From NCBI GenBank assembly GCA_030426805.1, contig JAUHXU010000001.1:768861-832860 (forward strand): DNA of 64,000 nucleotides. The letters are read 5' to 3'. Position numbers and translations under genes: made by a program. The stretch comes from a bacterium. Its GTDB lineage: Bacteria > Planctomycetota > JAFGQW01. The notes beneath the pieces are model-generated. The model was not told where the DNA came from. It made no database searches and saw only the letters and a program-made list of their open reading frames with translations. Of the stretch, positions 56,045 through 64,000 are shown in pieces (position 1 is the first letter of the stretch; each line of letters begins with the position of its first letter).

Positions 56045-57553
56045 TTACGGGCCGATCGTCAGCGGCTGGGGCTTCGACACGGTCCGGACGCCGTTGGGCG
56101 CCGACGGATCGAGCGTGATGAACGCCAGGTGCAGCGTCACGTTGATCAGCCCGGGATCGCTCGGCACGTTGAAGAACATCACGCTCTGCCCGGACGGGCT
56201 GAACGTGCCGATCGTCCCCTGGAAGACCGGGAGTTGGTTGGCGAGCGTGAGCAGGAGCAGCGGATCGAACGAGAGCGGGATCACGCGAATGTCGGCACCG
56301 CCGAGCGGGATCCCGGCCGTCCCGAAGCTCACCGCGGCCACGTGCGTGAGGCCGCCGCCGAGCACGTCGTCGAGGCTCCACACCGCGGTCGACCCGATCG
56401 ACGGACGCGACTGCCCCGGGATGAACACGCCGGCCGGACCGAACACGCAGTCGCGGAGCGTCCCGAGCGGGGTCGCGAGCGGCGGCGTGCCGGCGTTCTG
56501 CACCCACGTCGTCACCTCGCCCGTGTCGTTCGCGTCGCCGTCGACGTTCAGGTCCTGCAGGCGATAGACGACGTCCTGGCTGTGGTTGCTCGCGTAGACG
56601 ACGCCGATCGACTCGGGCGTCGTCGTCAGCGTGAACGACGACTTGAGGGTCACGCTCGACGCGTTGTTCGCCGAGTCGAAGAAGCGCGTCGCCTCGCCGG
56701 CGTCGAGCGCGTCGCCGTCGCGGTTCACGTCCTCGAAGCGGAACACGTCGCCGGACGTGAGGTCCATCGCGTAGAGGATGTCGCCGACCGCGTCGAACTC
56801 GAGGCTCCAGACGCTGGCGGCGCCCGCGGCCTTCGGCGCGGCCCAGCGCACGACCTCGGCCGGGTCTTGCGCGTCGCCGTCGTTGTTCAGGTCGCGCACG
56901 CGCAGGATCGAGTCGGGCGTCGCGTTCAGGTCGGCGATGAACAGCTCGCCGCGGCGCGTCGTCATCGCGGCCGGCACCGCGAGCCACGCACCCGACGCGG
57001 CGTTGTTGTCGAGGTAGACGGTCGCCTCGCCGGTGTCGAGCGCGTCGCCGTCGTTGTTCCCGTCCACGAGGCGCAGGATCTGGTCGGCCGGTGCCGAGCC
57101 CTGGCCGGCGACGCAGAGCAGCAGTGCACCGCGTGTGTCGAAGCACATCGCGTTCACCGCGCCGAGCGGGATCGCGCCGGTATTGTCGTAGTAGATCGAC
57201 CATTCGCCGGCGTCGTTCGCGTCGCCGTCGCCGTTGCGGTCGGAGAGCCGCAAGACGATGTCCAGCGTCGCGTCGGCGACGACGACGTCGCCGGTCTTCG
57301 GGTCGATCGTCAGTGCCTGCGGGTTCGAGAGATCGGGCCCGGGGCTCGCCGCGTCGTAGAAGACGATCTGTTCACCGGCATCCTGGACGTCGCCGTCGCC
57401 GTTTCGATCGGCGAAGCGATAGACCTCGTCGTTCGTGCGGTCGGTCGCGTAGAAGTCGCCGAGCGAGCGGAACGGCAGGTCCTGAGCGCCGGCTGTTCCG
57501 GTGCAGAGGCCGAGGGCGATGCTGGCCGCCGCCGCGAGTCCGAGGCTTCGCAT
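56045..57553 (-). CDS. Secreted repeat protein with six D-x-N-x-D-G-D-x-x-D-x-G-E (EF-hand/calcium-binding-like) loops and the shared C-terminal domain
   Basis: Start MRSLGLAAAASIALGLCTGTAGAQ. Six repeats: DRNGDGDVQDAGE, DRNGDGDANDAGE, DGNNDGDALDTGE, DLNNDGDAQDPAE, DVNRDGDALDAGE, DLNVDGDANDTGE. Tail ...FFNVPSDPGLINVTLHLAFITLDPSAPNGVRTVSKPQPLTIGP. Confidence 0.7.
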   Translation of the reverse strand: MRSLGLAAAASIALGLCTGTAGAQDLPFRSLGDFYATDRTNDEVYRFADRNGDGDVQDAGEQIVFYDAASPGPDLSNPQALTIDPKTGDVVVADATLDIVLRLSDRNGDGDANDAGEWSIYYDNTGAIPLGAVNAMCFDTRGALLLCVAGQGSAPADQILRLVDGNNDGDALDTGEATVYLDNNAASGAWLAVPAAMTTRRGELFIADLNATPDSILRVRDLNNDGDAQDPAEVVRWAAPKAAGAASVWSLEFDAVGDILYAMDLTSGDVFRFEDVNRDGDALDAGEATRFFDSANNASSVTLKSSFTLTTTPESIGVVYASNHSQDVVYRLQDLNVDGDANDTGEVTTWVQNAGTPPLATPLGTLRDCVFGPAGVFIPGQSRPSIGSTAVWSLDDVLGGGLTHVAAVSFGTAGIPLGGADIRVIPLSFDPLLLLTLANQLPVFQGTIGTFSPSGQSVMFFNVPSDPGLINVTLHLAFITLDPSAPNGVRTVSKPQPLTIGP

Positions 57554-57676
57554 GGTCCGTCCTTTCGTGGGCACGCGTCGTACGCCATGATACGCGCCCG
57601 GGCGGCGTCCGCGGCACACCGCGTCGATGTCGATTCGAGACCCCACGCCCCGGAATGCGACGGAGGATCTTCACGG

Positions 57677-58195
57677 ATGACGAACGAGTCGAGCCCTTGC
57701 GTCGCGATCGTCGGCATGCGCGCCGCCGGAAAGACCACGCTGGGTGCGGCACTCGCGGCTGCGCTCGGCCGCCCGTTCGTCGACACCGACGCGCGCTTCG
57801 TCGAGCGGTGCGGCGCGATCGGGGCGTTCGTCGAGCAGCACGGATGGGACGCGTTCCGGCGCGAGGAGGCCGCGGTCGTCGACGAAGCGCTCGCACCGGG
57901 GGCGGTCGTCGCGCTCGGGGGCGGCGCGGTCGAGACCGATGCGGTGCGCGACGCGCTCGGCGCACGTGCGGTCGTCGTGTTCCTCGACGAAGGACTGCCG
58001 ACGATCCGGGCCCGCCTCGGCATCACCCCTCGCCCGTCGCTGACCGGCGACGACGTCGTGGCCGAGGCCGAACGGCTCCTCGTCGCGCGGCTCCCCCACT
58101 ACCGCGCGCTCACGTCGATCACCGTGCCGCCGGCGCTCACGACCGATGCGCAGGTCGCCCACGTGCGGGCGGCGCTCGACGCGCGATGTTCGTAA
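57677..58195 (+). CDS. aroK: Shikimate kinase
   Basis: 172 aa. P-loop VAIVGMRAAGKTT and the overall AroK/AroL fold. The 3' end overlaps the next gene by 10 nt. Confidence 0.75.
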   Translation: MTNESSPCVAIVGMRAAGKTTLGAALAAALGRPFVDTDARFVERCGAIGAFVEQHGWDAFRREEAAVVDEALAPGAVVALGGGAVETDAVRDALGARAVVVFLDEGLPTIRARLGITPRPSLTGDDVVAEAERLLVARLPHYRALTSITVPPALTTDAQVAHVRAALDARCS

Positions 58196-59505
58196 CGACG
58201 CTGCCACCGGCGCACGCGGACGACCCCGCGGCGTATTCGCGCACCGCGCGCGACGCCGGCGTCGACGCCCTCGAAGTGCGCGGCGATCTGACGCCGGGCG
58301 TCGGGGGGTTCGCCTCGGTGCTGCCGATCGTCGCGACGCCGCGCGGGCGCGACGCCGCGTGGGTCGCCGCACTCGCACCGCGTTGGGTCGACCTCGCGCT
58401 CGACGAGGACGTCGCGGTGCCGGCCGGCGCGGCGGTGATTCGGAGCTGGCACGACCACGCAGGCACGCCGCCGGCCGACGACCTGCGCGCGATCGCCGAA
58501 CGGCTCGCGGCGAGTGGTGCCGCACACACGAAGCTCGTGACGACCGTGCGCACGCCGGCCGACCTCGTCGCGCTCGAGTCGGTGCGAAGCGCGGGAGACG
58601 GCGACGCGACCGTGCTGGCGATGGGCCCGCTTGCGTGGCCGGTGCGGATCCTCTCGCCGTGGCGCGATGCGTTCACCTACGTCGCACTGCCGGGCGAGGC
58701 GGCGAGCGCCGACGGGCAGCTCACGATCGACGCGTATCCGCGCGGCGACGAGCGGCCGGCGCTGTTCGGCATCCTCGGCGGGCCCGGCATGCAGACCGCG
58801 AGCCCGGCGATCCACACCGGGCTCTTTCGCCGCCACGGCGTGCACGCGGTCTACGGGGCGTTTCCGTGCGAGGACGCGCGCGCGATGTTCGGCGCGCTGG
58901 CGCCGTTTGCGCCAACCGGGTTCTCGATCACCGCGCCGCACAAGACCGCGCTGCTCGACGTCGCGAACGCGCTCGATTCGGTCGCGAGCGAGGTGCGCGC
59001 GATCAACACGCTGGTCCGGCGCGACGGCGGCTGGGAGGGCCGGCAGTTCGACGTGCACGGCATCGTCGAGGGATACCCGTTCCTGCGCGGCGTCGCTCGC
59101 GCCGAGGTGATCGGGACCGGCGGCGTCGCGCCCGCGGTGATCCATGCGTGTCGCGTGCTCGGCATCGAGTCGATCGTGGTCCGCGGGCGCGACGCGGCCC
59201 GGGTCGCCGCGCTGGCGCAGCGCTTCGGCGTTCATGGGCGCGCACTCGACGACGCCTCACGCGAGCCGGTCGACGTCGTCTTCTGGGCGATCGGCGGCGA
59301 CCCCGACCTGCCGCTCTCCCGACCGGCGCCCGGTGCGCACGCGATCGACCTCCGCTACGGGGCGACGACCGCGTTTCAGTCGCACGCCGCGGCCCAGGGC
59401 TACACCCCCCACGACGGCACCGCGATGCTGCACCACCAGGCGTGCGCGCAGTTCGAGGCGTTCACCGGAATCGCAGTGGACGTGCGCGAGATCAGCGATC
59501 GGTAA
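58186..59505 (+). CDS. aroDE: Bifunctional 3-dehydroquinate dehydratase (type I) / shikimate 5-dehydrogenase (AroD-AroE fusion)
   Basis: 439 aa. The N-terminal roughly 200 aa is DHQase-I-like. The C-terminal SDH half has ILGGPGMQTASPAIH and GFSITAPHK substrate motifs and a Rossmann GTGGVAPA. Confidence 0.7.
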   Translation: MFVTTLPPAHADDPAAYSRTARDAGVDALEVRGDLTPGVGGFASVLPIVATPRGRDAAWVAALAPRWVDLALDEDVAVPAGAAVIRSWHDHAGTPPADDLRAIAERLAASGAAHTKLVTTVRTPADLVALESVRSAGDGDATVLAMGPLAWPVRILSPWRDAFTYVALPGEAASADGQLTIDAYPRGDERPALFGILGGPGMQTASPAIHTGLFRRHGVHAVYGAFPCEDARAMFGALAPFAPTGFSITAPHKTALLDVANALDSVASEVRAINTLVRRDGGWEGRQFDVHGIVEGYPFLRGVARAEVIGTGGVAPAVIHACRVLGIESIVVRGRDAARVAALAQRFGVHGRALDDASREPVDVVFWAIGGDPDLPLSRPAPGAHAIDLRYGATTAFQSHAAAQGYTPHDGTAMLHHQACAQFEAFTGIAVDVREISDR

Positions 59506-59526
59506 ACGACGACCCGTGACCGACGA

Positions 59527-60789
59527 TCAGTGAACGACGATCTGTGCGCGCGTGACCGTCGCGATGCCCCCCGGCGCCGCGGGGTCCATCGTGATCGCGG
59601 CGACCCAGACGGGCACGCTGGCGATCGTCGCGCCCAGCGGATTCAGATCCAGCGTCGCGACCATCCGGCCGTTCGCGTCGAGCGAGCCGACGTTGCCGGT
59701 GAACCACGGGGCGAGTTGCCCGGCGACGCCGAGCCGCGTCGCGTCGTCGAAGCGTAGCGGGATCGTTCGGCCGCCGGCGATCGGCCTGCCCGGCGTGTAG
59801 CCGGTCACGCTCAGCGCACAAACGCAGAGCTTGCCGGCGTCCTCGGGAATACGGATCCGGATCGCGCGATGGTTCGGCGCGGCGATCATCCCGAACGTGA
59901 TGTTGCGCTCGGCGTCGAACACGATCGCCGACACGGTCGACGGGAACGGGCCGATCGTCCGCACGACCGTGCCCGCGCGGTCGTAGACGTCGATCGACGG
60001 CGCCGGCGTCGAGCGACTGACGTAGATCAACCCACCGCTCGCGTCCGCGGCGCGGTCCACCGCGATGGCACCGTCCAGCCATGCGGGCGTGCCCTGGGGA
60101 ATCGGTCCCGCGACCGTCGTCAACGCCGTCGTGTTCAGGTCGATCCGCACCAGCGCGGACGTCGTCGCTACATGGAGGCTCGGGCCGATCGGGTCGCTCG
60201 CCATCTCGAGGAACCAGCCGAACGGTTGGCGATCCCCGAAGATCAGCGTTCGGAAATCCGCGGAGACGCGCTCGAACAATCCGACGACGCGGTGAACGAT
60301 CCACTGACCGGACACCGAGTCGCGGGCGACGACGGGGAAGTTGATCGCGTTGAGCACCGTCGTGAATTGCGTCCCGGTCTCGTCGATGCGCAGAAGGATC
60401 CGCTTCTCCGACGGAAGCCGCACGCCGACGAGGAAGTTTCCGCTGTCATCGACGGTCAGCGGATATGGCGCGGGGACGTTCGCGAACGTCGTCGCACTGC
60501 CGCTCGCCGGGTCGATGCGCAGGAGCGCTCCGGAGGGGACCGCCGCGGGCACGCCGGTCGCGACGGCGATCACGTGCTCGTTGTCGTTGTCCATCACCAT
60601 CGACCAGATGTTCGGCATCGCGGTGGTCGCGTAGGAGCCGATCGTCGCGATGACGCCGGTGGGCGATACGCGGTAGAGGCCCGCCTGGCTGTCGGCGACG
60701 ATCAGCCCGCGGCGGTGGCTCTGCGCCGTGGCCAGCGAGGCGACCATCGCGGCGACGAGTAGTGCGGCAGCCGTGCGCATGCGCTTCAT
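59527..60789 (-). CDS. Secreted hypothetical protein, tandem paralog 1, with the shared C-terminal domain
   Basis: Start MKRMRTAAALLVAAMVASLATAQS. About 60% identity to the 60815..62083 product, including the identical block YDRAGTVVRTIGPFP and APNHRAIRIRIPEDAGK. Ends ...PGGIATVTRAQIVVH. Confidence 0.7.
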   Translation of the reverse strand: MKRMRTAAALLVAAMVASLATAQSHRRGLIVADSQAGLYRVSPTGVIATIGSYATTAMPNIWSMVMDNDNEHVIAVATGVPAAVPSGALLRIDPASGSATTFANVPAPYPLTVDDSGNFLVGVRLPSEKRILLRIDETGTQFTTVLNAINFPVVARDSVSGQWIVHRVVGLFERVSADFRTLIFGDRQPFGWFLEMASDPIGPSLHVATTSALVRIDLNTTALTTVAGPIPQGTPAWLDGAIAVDRAADASGGLIYVSRSTPAPSIDVYDRAGTVVRTIGPFPSTVSAIVFDAERNITFGMIAAPNHRAIRIRIPEDAGKLCVCALSVTGYTPGRPIAGGRTIPLRFDDATRLGVAGQLAPWFTGNVGSLDANGRMVATLDLNPLGATIASVPVWVAAITMDPAAPGGIATVTRAQIVVH

Positions 60790-60814
60790 GATCCCCCCAC
60801 TTCGCAGGTCGCGG

Positions 60815-62083
60815 TCAATGGACGACAATCGCCGGGCGTGTCACGGTCGCGATGCCGCCCGGTGCTTGCGGGTCGAGGGTGACGGCGACGATCCACACCG
60901 GCACACCGCGGACGGCGTTGCCGAGCGGATTCAGGTCGAGCGTCGCGACCATCCGGCCGCCGGCGTCGAGCGTCTTGATATTACCCCGGAGCAGTGGCGA
61001 GAGCCGACCGGTCACGCTCAGCAGCATCACGTTGTCGGGGCGGAGCGGGATCGTCCGGCCGCCGGCCAGTGACAAGCCCGGCGTGTAGCCGGTGACGCCC
61101 ACCGCGCAGACGCACGTCTTGCCGGCGTCCTCCGGGATGCGGATGCGGATCGCGCGATGGTTCGGCGCCGCGACGACACCGAACGCGATGTTGCGGGCGC
61201 CGTCGAATGCGATCGCGGTCACCTTCGCCGGGAACGGGCCGATCGTGCGGACGACCGTGCCGGCGCGGTCGTAGACCTCGATCACACTGAGCGGCGTCGA
61301 GCGGCTGACGTAGACCAGGCCGCCGGACGCGTCGGGCGCGCGGTCGGCGGCAAGTGCCGCGTCCAGCGCGGTCGGCGTCGCCTGGGGGACGGTCGCGAGT
61401 GACGTGAACGCGTTGCGTCTGAGATCGAACGCCGCGAGCGTCGCCGGCGACGCGGCGTAGATCAGCGGGCCGTGCGGGTCGTGGTCCATCGCAAACAGCC
61501 AGCCGAGGCCGTGCGTGTGGGTCGCGCGTTGCCCGCTGAAGTCGGCGGCGTGGCGCTCCAGGAGTTTGCCGTCTCGCGAGAGCAGCCAGTCGCCGGTCGT
61601 CGGGTCGCGGGTGGGGATCACGAAACCGCCGGTCGCGACGACGGTCGACGCCGTCATCGCGGCTCCCTCGAGCTTCAGCAATGCGAAGCCGGTGCCGACG
61701 AGGAAGCCGCCGTGCTCGTCGGTGGCGATCGAGAACGGTGCGGTCAGCGCCGTGAGGGTCGTCGCGCTTCCGGTCACGGGGTCGATCCGCAGCAGCGCGC
61801 CGGCCGGCGACGAGATCGCGATGCCCGACGCGACGGCCACGACATGGCGGTTGTCGTGGTCGACGACCATCGACCAGATGCTCGGCATCGACGCGGTCGC
61901 GTATTGGCCGATCGTCGTCATCGCGCCGGTTGGCGACACGCGAATCAGGCGCGCTTGCGCGTCCGCGACAATCAGGCCGTTGCGGTAGCTCTGCGCGCCG
62001 ACCATCGCCGCCGCGCACGCGACCCACGCCCCGAGCAGTAGACAGCACCTGACGATCGCGGACCTCCCGTCACGGCAAACCAA
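60815..62083 (-). CDS. Secreted hypothetical protein, tandem paralog 2, with the shared C-terminal domain
   Basis: N-terminal hydrophobic signal (CCLLLGAWVACAAAMVGAQS). Colinear with the 59527..60789 product. Ends ...PGGIATVTRPAIVVH. Confidence 0.7.
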   Translation of the reverse strand: MVCRDGRSAIVRCCLLLGAWVACAAAMVGAQSYRNGLIVADAQARLIRVSPTGAMTTIGQYATASMPSIWSMVVDHDNRHVVAVASGIAISSPAGALLRIDPVTGSATTLTALTAPFSIATDEHGGFLVGTGFALLKLEGAAMTASTVVATGGFVIPTRDPTTGDWLLSRDGKLLERHAADFSGQRATHTHGLGWLFAMDHDPHGPLIYAASPATLAAFDLRRNAFTSLATVPQATPTALDAALAADRAPDASGGLVYVSRSTPLSVIEVYDRAGTVVRTIGPFPAKVTAIAFDGARNIAFGVVAAPNHRAIRIRIPEDAGKTCVCAVGVTGYTPGLSLAGGRTIPLRPDNVMLLSVTGRLSPLLRGNIKTLDAGGRMVATLDLNPLGNAVRGVPVWIVAVTLDPQAPGGIATVTRPAIVVH

Positions 62084-62152
62084 CTGGCCAACGATACCGC
62101 GAACCGCTCCCCCTTCGCAACCGCCGCGCGATCGTGGCGCGACTTCCCAACG

Positions 62153-62205
62153 TGTCCCTCAGACGGGACAGAATCGCGGTTCGGGGCCTTGAACGGCCAA
62201 ACTGC
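62153..62205. repeat. About 50-nt dyad-containing repeat element, copy 1 (tgtccc-N7-gggaca core plus aatcgcggtt...gccttgaacggccaaa)
   Basis: Nearly the same 50-nt string recurs at 63177-63228, and a third core copy at 63227-63256. Confidence 0.6.
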
Positions 62206-62292
62206 GCCGCCTCAGGGACAGTTTTATTCGTCAGCGAGCGAGGTGGTCGCCCAGCAGGGTGTGACCGAAGACGCCACGCCTGGAGACGACCG

Positions 62293-63141
62293 ATGTCGAC
62301 CTACCCGCTCGAACCCGTCATGAATGCCCGCGATGCGGCTCCGTCGAGTGCCGCGCGAGTTCGCGCACTCGGCGCGCTGTTCGTCGTCGCGATCTACGGT
62401 GTGCCGGCGGCGCTCGTCGCAGTGCCGGGACTGCTCGTGCCGTCCACCGCGGTGTGGCTCGCGACCGCGCTCGCCGGGCCGGTCGTGTATGCGGCCGGGA
62501 TGATGGTCACCGCCGGATTGCTCGCGCGGCCGTTCGTCGGCGGCATCGTGCCCGGGCGCTTCGAGCGGAGCCTCGACGATCCGACCTACCGCAAGCGTTA
62601 CTTCTACGGGCTGTGCTGGACGACGCTCTACTACTGCAAGCCCGCCTACTCGGTGTGCCTCGCGATCCCGGCGCTGCGCACCGCGATGTTCCGACTGTTC
62701 GGCTATCGCGGGCAGATGGACTTCGTGATCTACCCGGACACCTGGATCCGCGATCTGCCGCTGCTCGACTTCGGCCGCGGCGCCTACATCGCCAACCGCG
62801 CGACGCTCGGCACGAACATGGCGCTGTCCAACGGCAAGTCGCTCGTGGACCGCATCACGATCGGCGACGGTGCGACGGTCGGCCACCTCGCGGCGGTCGC
62901 GCTCGGCACGCGGATCGGCAACGGCGCGGAGATCGGTGTCGGGACCGCGGTTGGCGTCGGCGTGCGCATCGGCGCGAACGCGCTCGTCAACGGCACGTCC
63001 ACCGTGAACCACTACGCGCGCGTGGCGGATGACGTCGTCGTGGACACGTCGAGCTACGTCGGCCTTCGGGCCACGGTGACCCACGATCTGCCCGCGCGAG
63101 GCGAGGTGCACGCCCGCACCCGCGTGCGAAGCGCTGGCTGA
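62293..63141 (+). CDS. Membrane protein with C-terminal left-handed beta-helix (hexapeptide-repeat, acyltransferase-like) domain
   Basis: Start MSTYPLEPV with a GGAGACG RBS. Two N-terminal TM helices. C-terminal hexapeptide repeats (ITIGDGATVGHLAAVALGTRIGNGAEIGVGTAVGVGVRIGANALVNG). Confidence 0.65.
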   Translation: MSTYPLEPVMNARDAAPSSAARVRALGALFVVAIYGVPAALVAVPGLLVPSTAVWLATALAGPVVYAAGMMVTAGLLARPFVGGIVPGRFERSLDDPTYRKRYFYGLCWTTLYYCKPAYSVCLAIPALRTAMFRLFGYRGQMDFVIYPDTWIRDLPLLDFGRGAYIANRATLGTNMALSNGKSLVDRITIGDGATVGHLAAVALGTRIGNGAEIGVGTAVGVGVRIGANALVNGTSTVNHYARVADDVVVDTSSYVGLRATVTHDLPARGEVHARTRVRSAG

Positions 63142-63176
63142 CCGGCGGCTGACCGGCGGCGCTTGTCTCTCGATTT

Positions 63177-63256
63177 TGTCCCTCAAACGAGACAAAACCG
63201 CGTTTGAAGGCCTTCAAACGCAAATATGTCCCGTTTGAGGGACAAATCGCGCGGTC
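63177..63256. repeat. Copies 2 and 3 of the dyad repeat element (tgtccctcaaacgagacaaaaccgcgtttgaaggccttcaaacgcaaat, then tgtcccgtttgagggacaaatcgcgcggtc)
   Basis: Direct comparison with 62153-62205. The cores are palindromic (tgtccc..gggaca). Copy 3 carries the core in inverted form but the same flank aatcgcg. Confidence 0.6.
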
Positions 63257-63527
63257 AAGAGTAGTTCGCGACCGCCAACCCACCCGACGACTCGTTCACA
63301 ACGACCGACAGCGTCGCCCCCGGCGGCAACCCACCCGGCGGCAGCGTAATGCGCACGATCGTGGTCCCGCCCCACACCGTGCCGATGTCGAGCCGCACCC
63401 GCGACCCGTCGGCGAGGCGGAGAAACACCGCGTAGCTTCCACCGGACGACGTCACGCCGATCGACACGGTGCCGCCATCGGCGGGCAGCGTCCCGTTTCC
63501 CGGCGGCGGACTGAAGGAGACAGCCAT
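63255..63527 (-). CDS. Small hypothetical protein (90 aa, Gly/Ser/Thr/Val-rich, beta-strand-like)
   Basis: ORF immediately (3 nt) downstream of the 63530 gene on the same strand. Composition is protein-like, not the Arg/Ala-rich bias of off-frame ORFs in this GC-rich DNA. No homology recognised. Confidence 0.35.
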   Translation of the reverse strand: MAVSFSPPPGNGTLPADGGTVSIGVTSSGGSYAVFLRLADGSRVRLDIGTVWGGTTIVRITLPPGGLPPGATLSVVVNESSGGLAVANYS

Positions 63528-63529
63528 CC

Positions 63530-64000
63530 CTACGGCGCCCGCAGTGCCTTCTCGAGGTCCGTCATCCCCAGCGCCCCGACGAACTCATCGATCACCGGCC
63601 GCAGCGACGCATCGGCACGATAGAGCGACACGACCTTCGACACCTCCGTCGAGTCATCGCGCATCAAGATCGATCGCACCGCACTCGTCCGCACCTGCAG
63701 GTCGGTGTCCGCGGTCATCGCCCAGTGCGCGGAACGCATCGCTGGATCGTCGAACGCGCCGGAATACGATGCGCACGCCCGACGAATCTCGACCGTCGGG
63801 TGCTGGTAGTAGAGCAGGCAGAGCTGGCGAAGCACCTGCGGATTGGCCTTCGCGATCGCAGGATCCAGGAGCTGCTTCGCGTCGGGCTTGGATGCGCCCC
63901 AGGGAAGGAAGGGCAGTGCTGCGACCGATAGCCCGGCGGCGAGCGTGGCGACGAGAAACGCACGTCGCGGGGCTACCGTGCGGGCCGGGCGCGAGCGCGG
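63530..64000 (-). CDS. Partial (5' end beyond window) secreted hypothetical protein with Tat-like signal (RRAFLVATLAAGLSVAALPFLPWGAS)
   Basis: The frame containing ORF 63530..63835 stays open to the window edge. Its upstream part encodes ...PRRAFLVATLAAGLSVAALPFLPW, a twin-arginine-like signal peptide. Stop at 63530. Confidence 0.45.
   Translation of the reverse strand, partial: PRSRPARTVAPRRAFLVATLAAGLSVAALPFLPWGASKPDAKQLLDPAIAKANPQVLRQLCLLYYQHPTVEIRRACASYSGAFDDPAMRSAHWAMTADTDLQVRTSAVRSILMRDDSTEVSKVVSLYRADASLRPVIDEFVGALGMTDLEKALRAP

Noticed and set aside
56042-58195. 717-aa + ORF, and the 57091..59505 804-aa ORF
   Set aside because: Only the 3' parts are genuine (aroK from 57677, aroDE from 58186). 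The 5' parts are antisense to the 56045..57553 gene and Arg-rich.

Overview
High-GC (about 70%) bacterial chromosomal segment, densely packed on both strands with roughly 48 protein genes. I found no rRNA, tRNA, CRISPR array or recognisable transposon. Recognisable housekeeping genes are fabI, gcvP, idi, aroK, a fused aroD-aroE, a threonine/serine dehydratase, a class-V aminotransferase, a photolyase, a LOG-family gene and a fused ccsB-ccsA (System II cytochrome c maturation). Functional blocks are: (i) a tightly coupled minus-strand operon of lipoprotein, ferredoxin/flavoprotein/cytochrome-b oxidoreductase, 23-heme cytochrome c, outer-membrane beta-barrel and 7-heme cytochrome c, plus a separate 11-heme lipoprotein cytochrome, which looks like a porin-cytochrome extracellular electron-transfer conduit; (ii) a six-gene TonB2/Ttp-like energy-transduction locus (DUF3450, long MotA/TolQ/ExbB, ExbB, ExbD, TonB, TPR protein); (iii) a CusB/CusA-type heavy-metal RND efflux pair with extra metal-binding modules; (iv) an ECF sigma factor coupled to an anti-sigma/FecR protein fused to about 650 aa of carboxypeptidase-regulatory-like repeats. 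The main hunt result: at least 12 signal-peptide proteins in this window, unrelated in their N-terminal parts (subtilase, PD40 and SBBP beta-propellers, a Ca-binding-like repeat protein, two tandem paralog families), end in the same roughly 80-90 aa C-terminal domain. I cannot match this domain to any known sorting tag (T9SS CTD, PEP-CTERM, MYXO-CTERM, LPXTG), and it looks like an undescribed protein-sorting or anchoring system. A roughly 50-nt dyad-symmetric repeat family also flanks a membrane hexapeptide-repeat protein gene.
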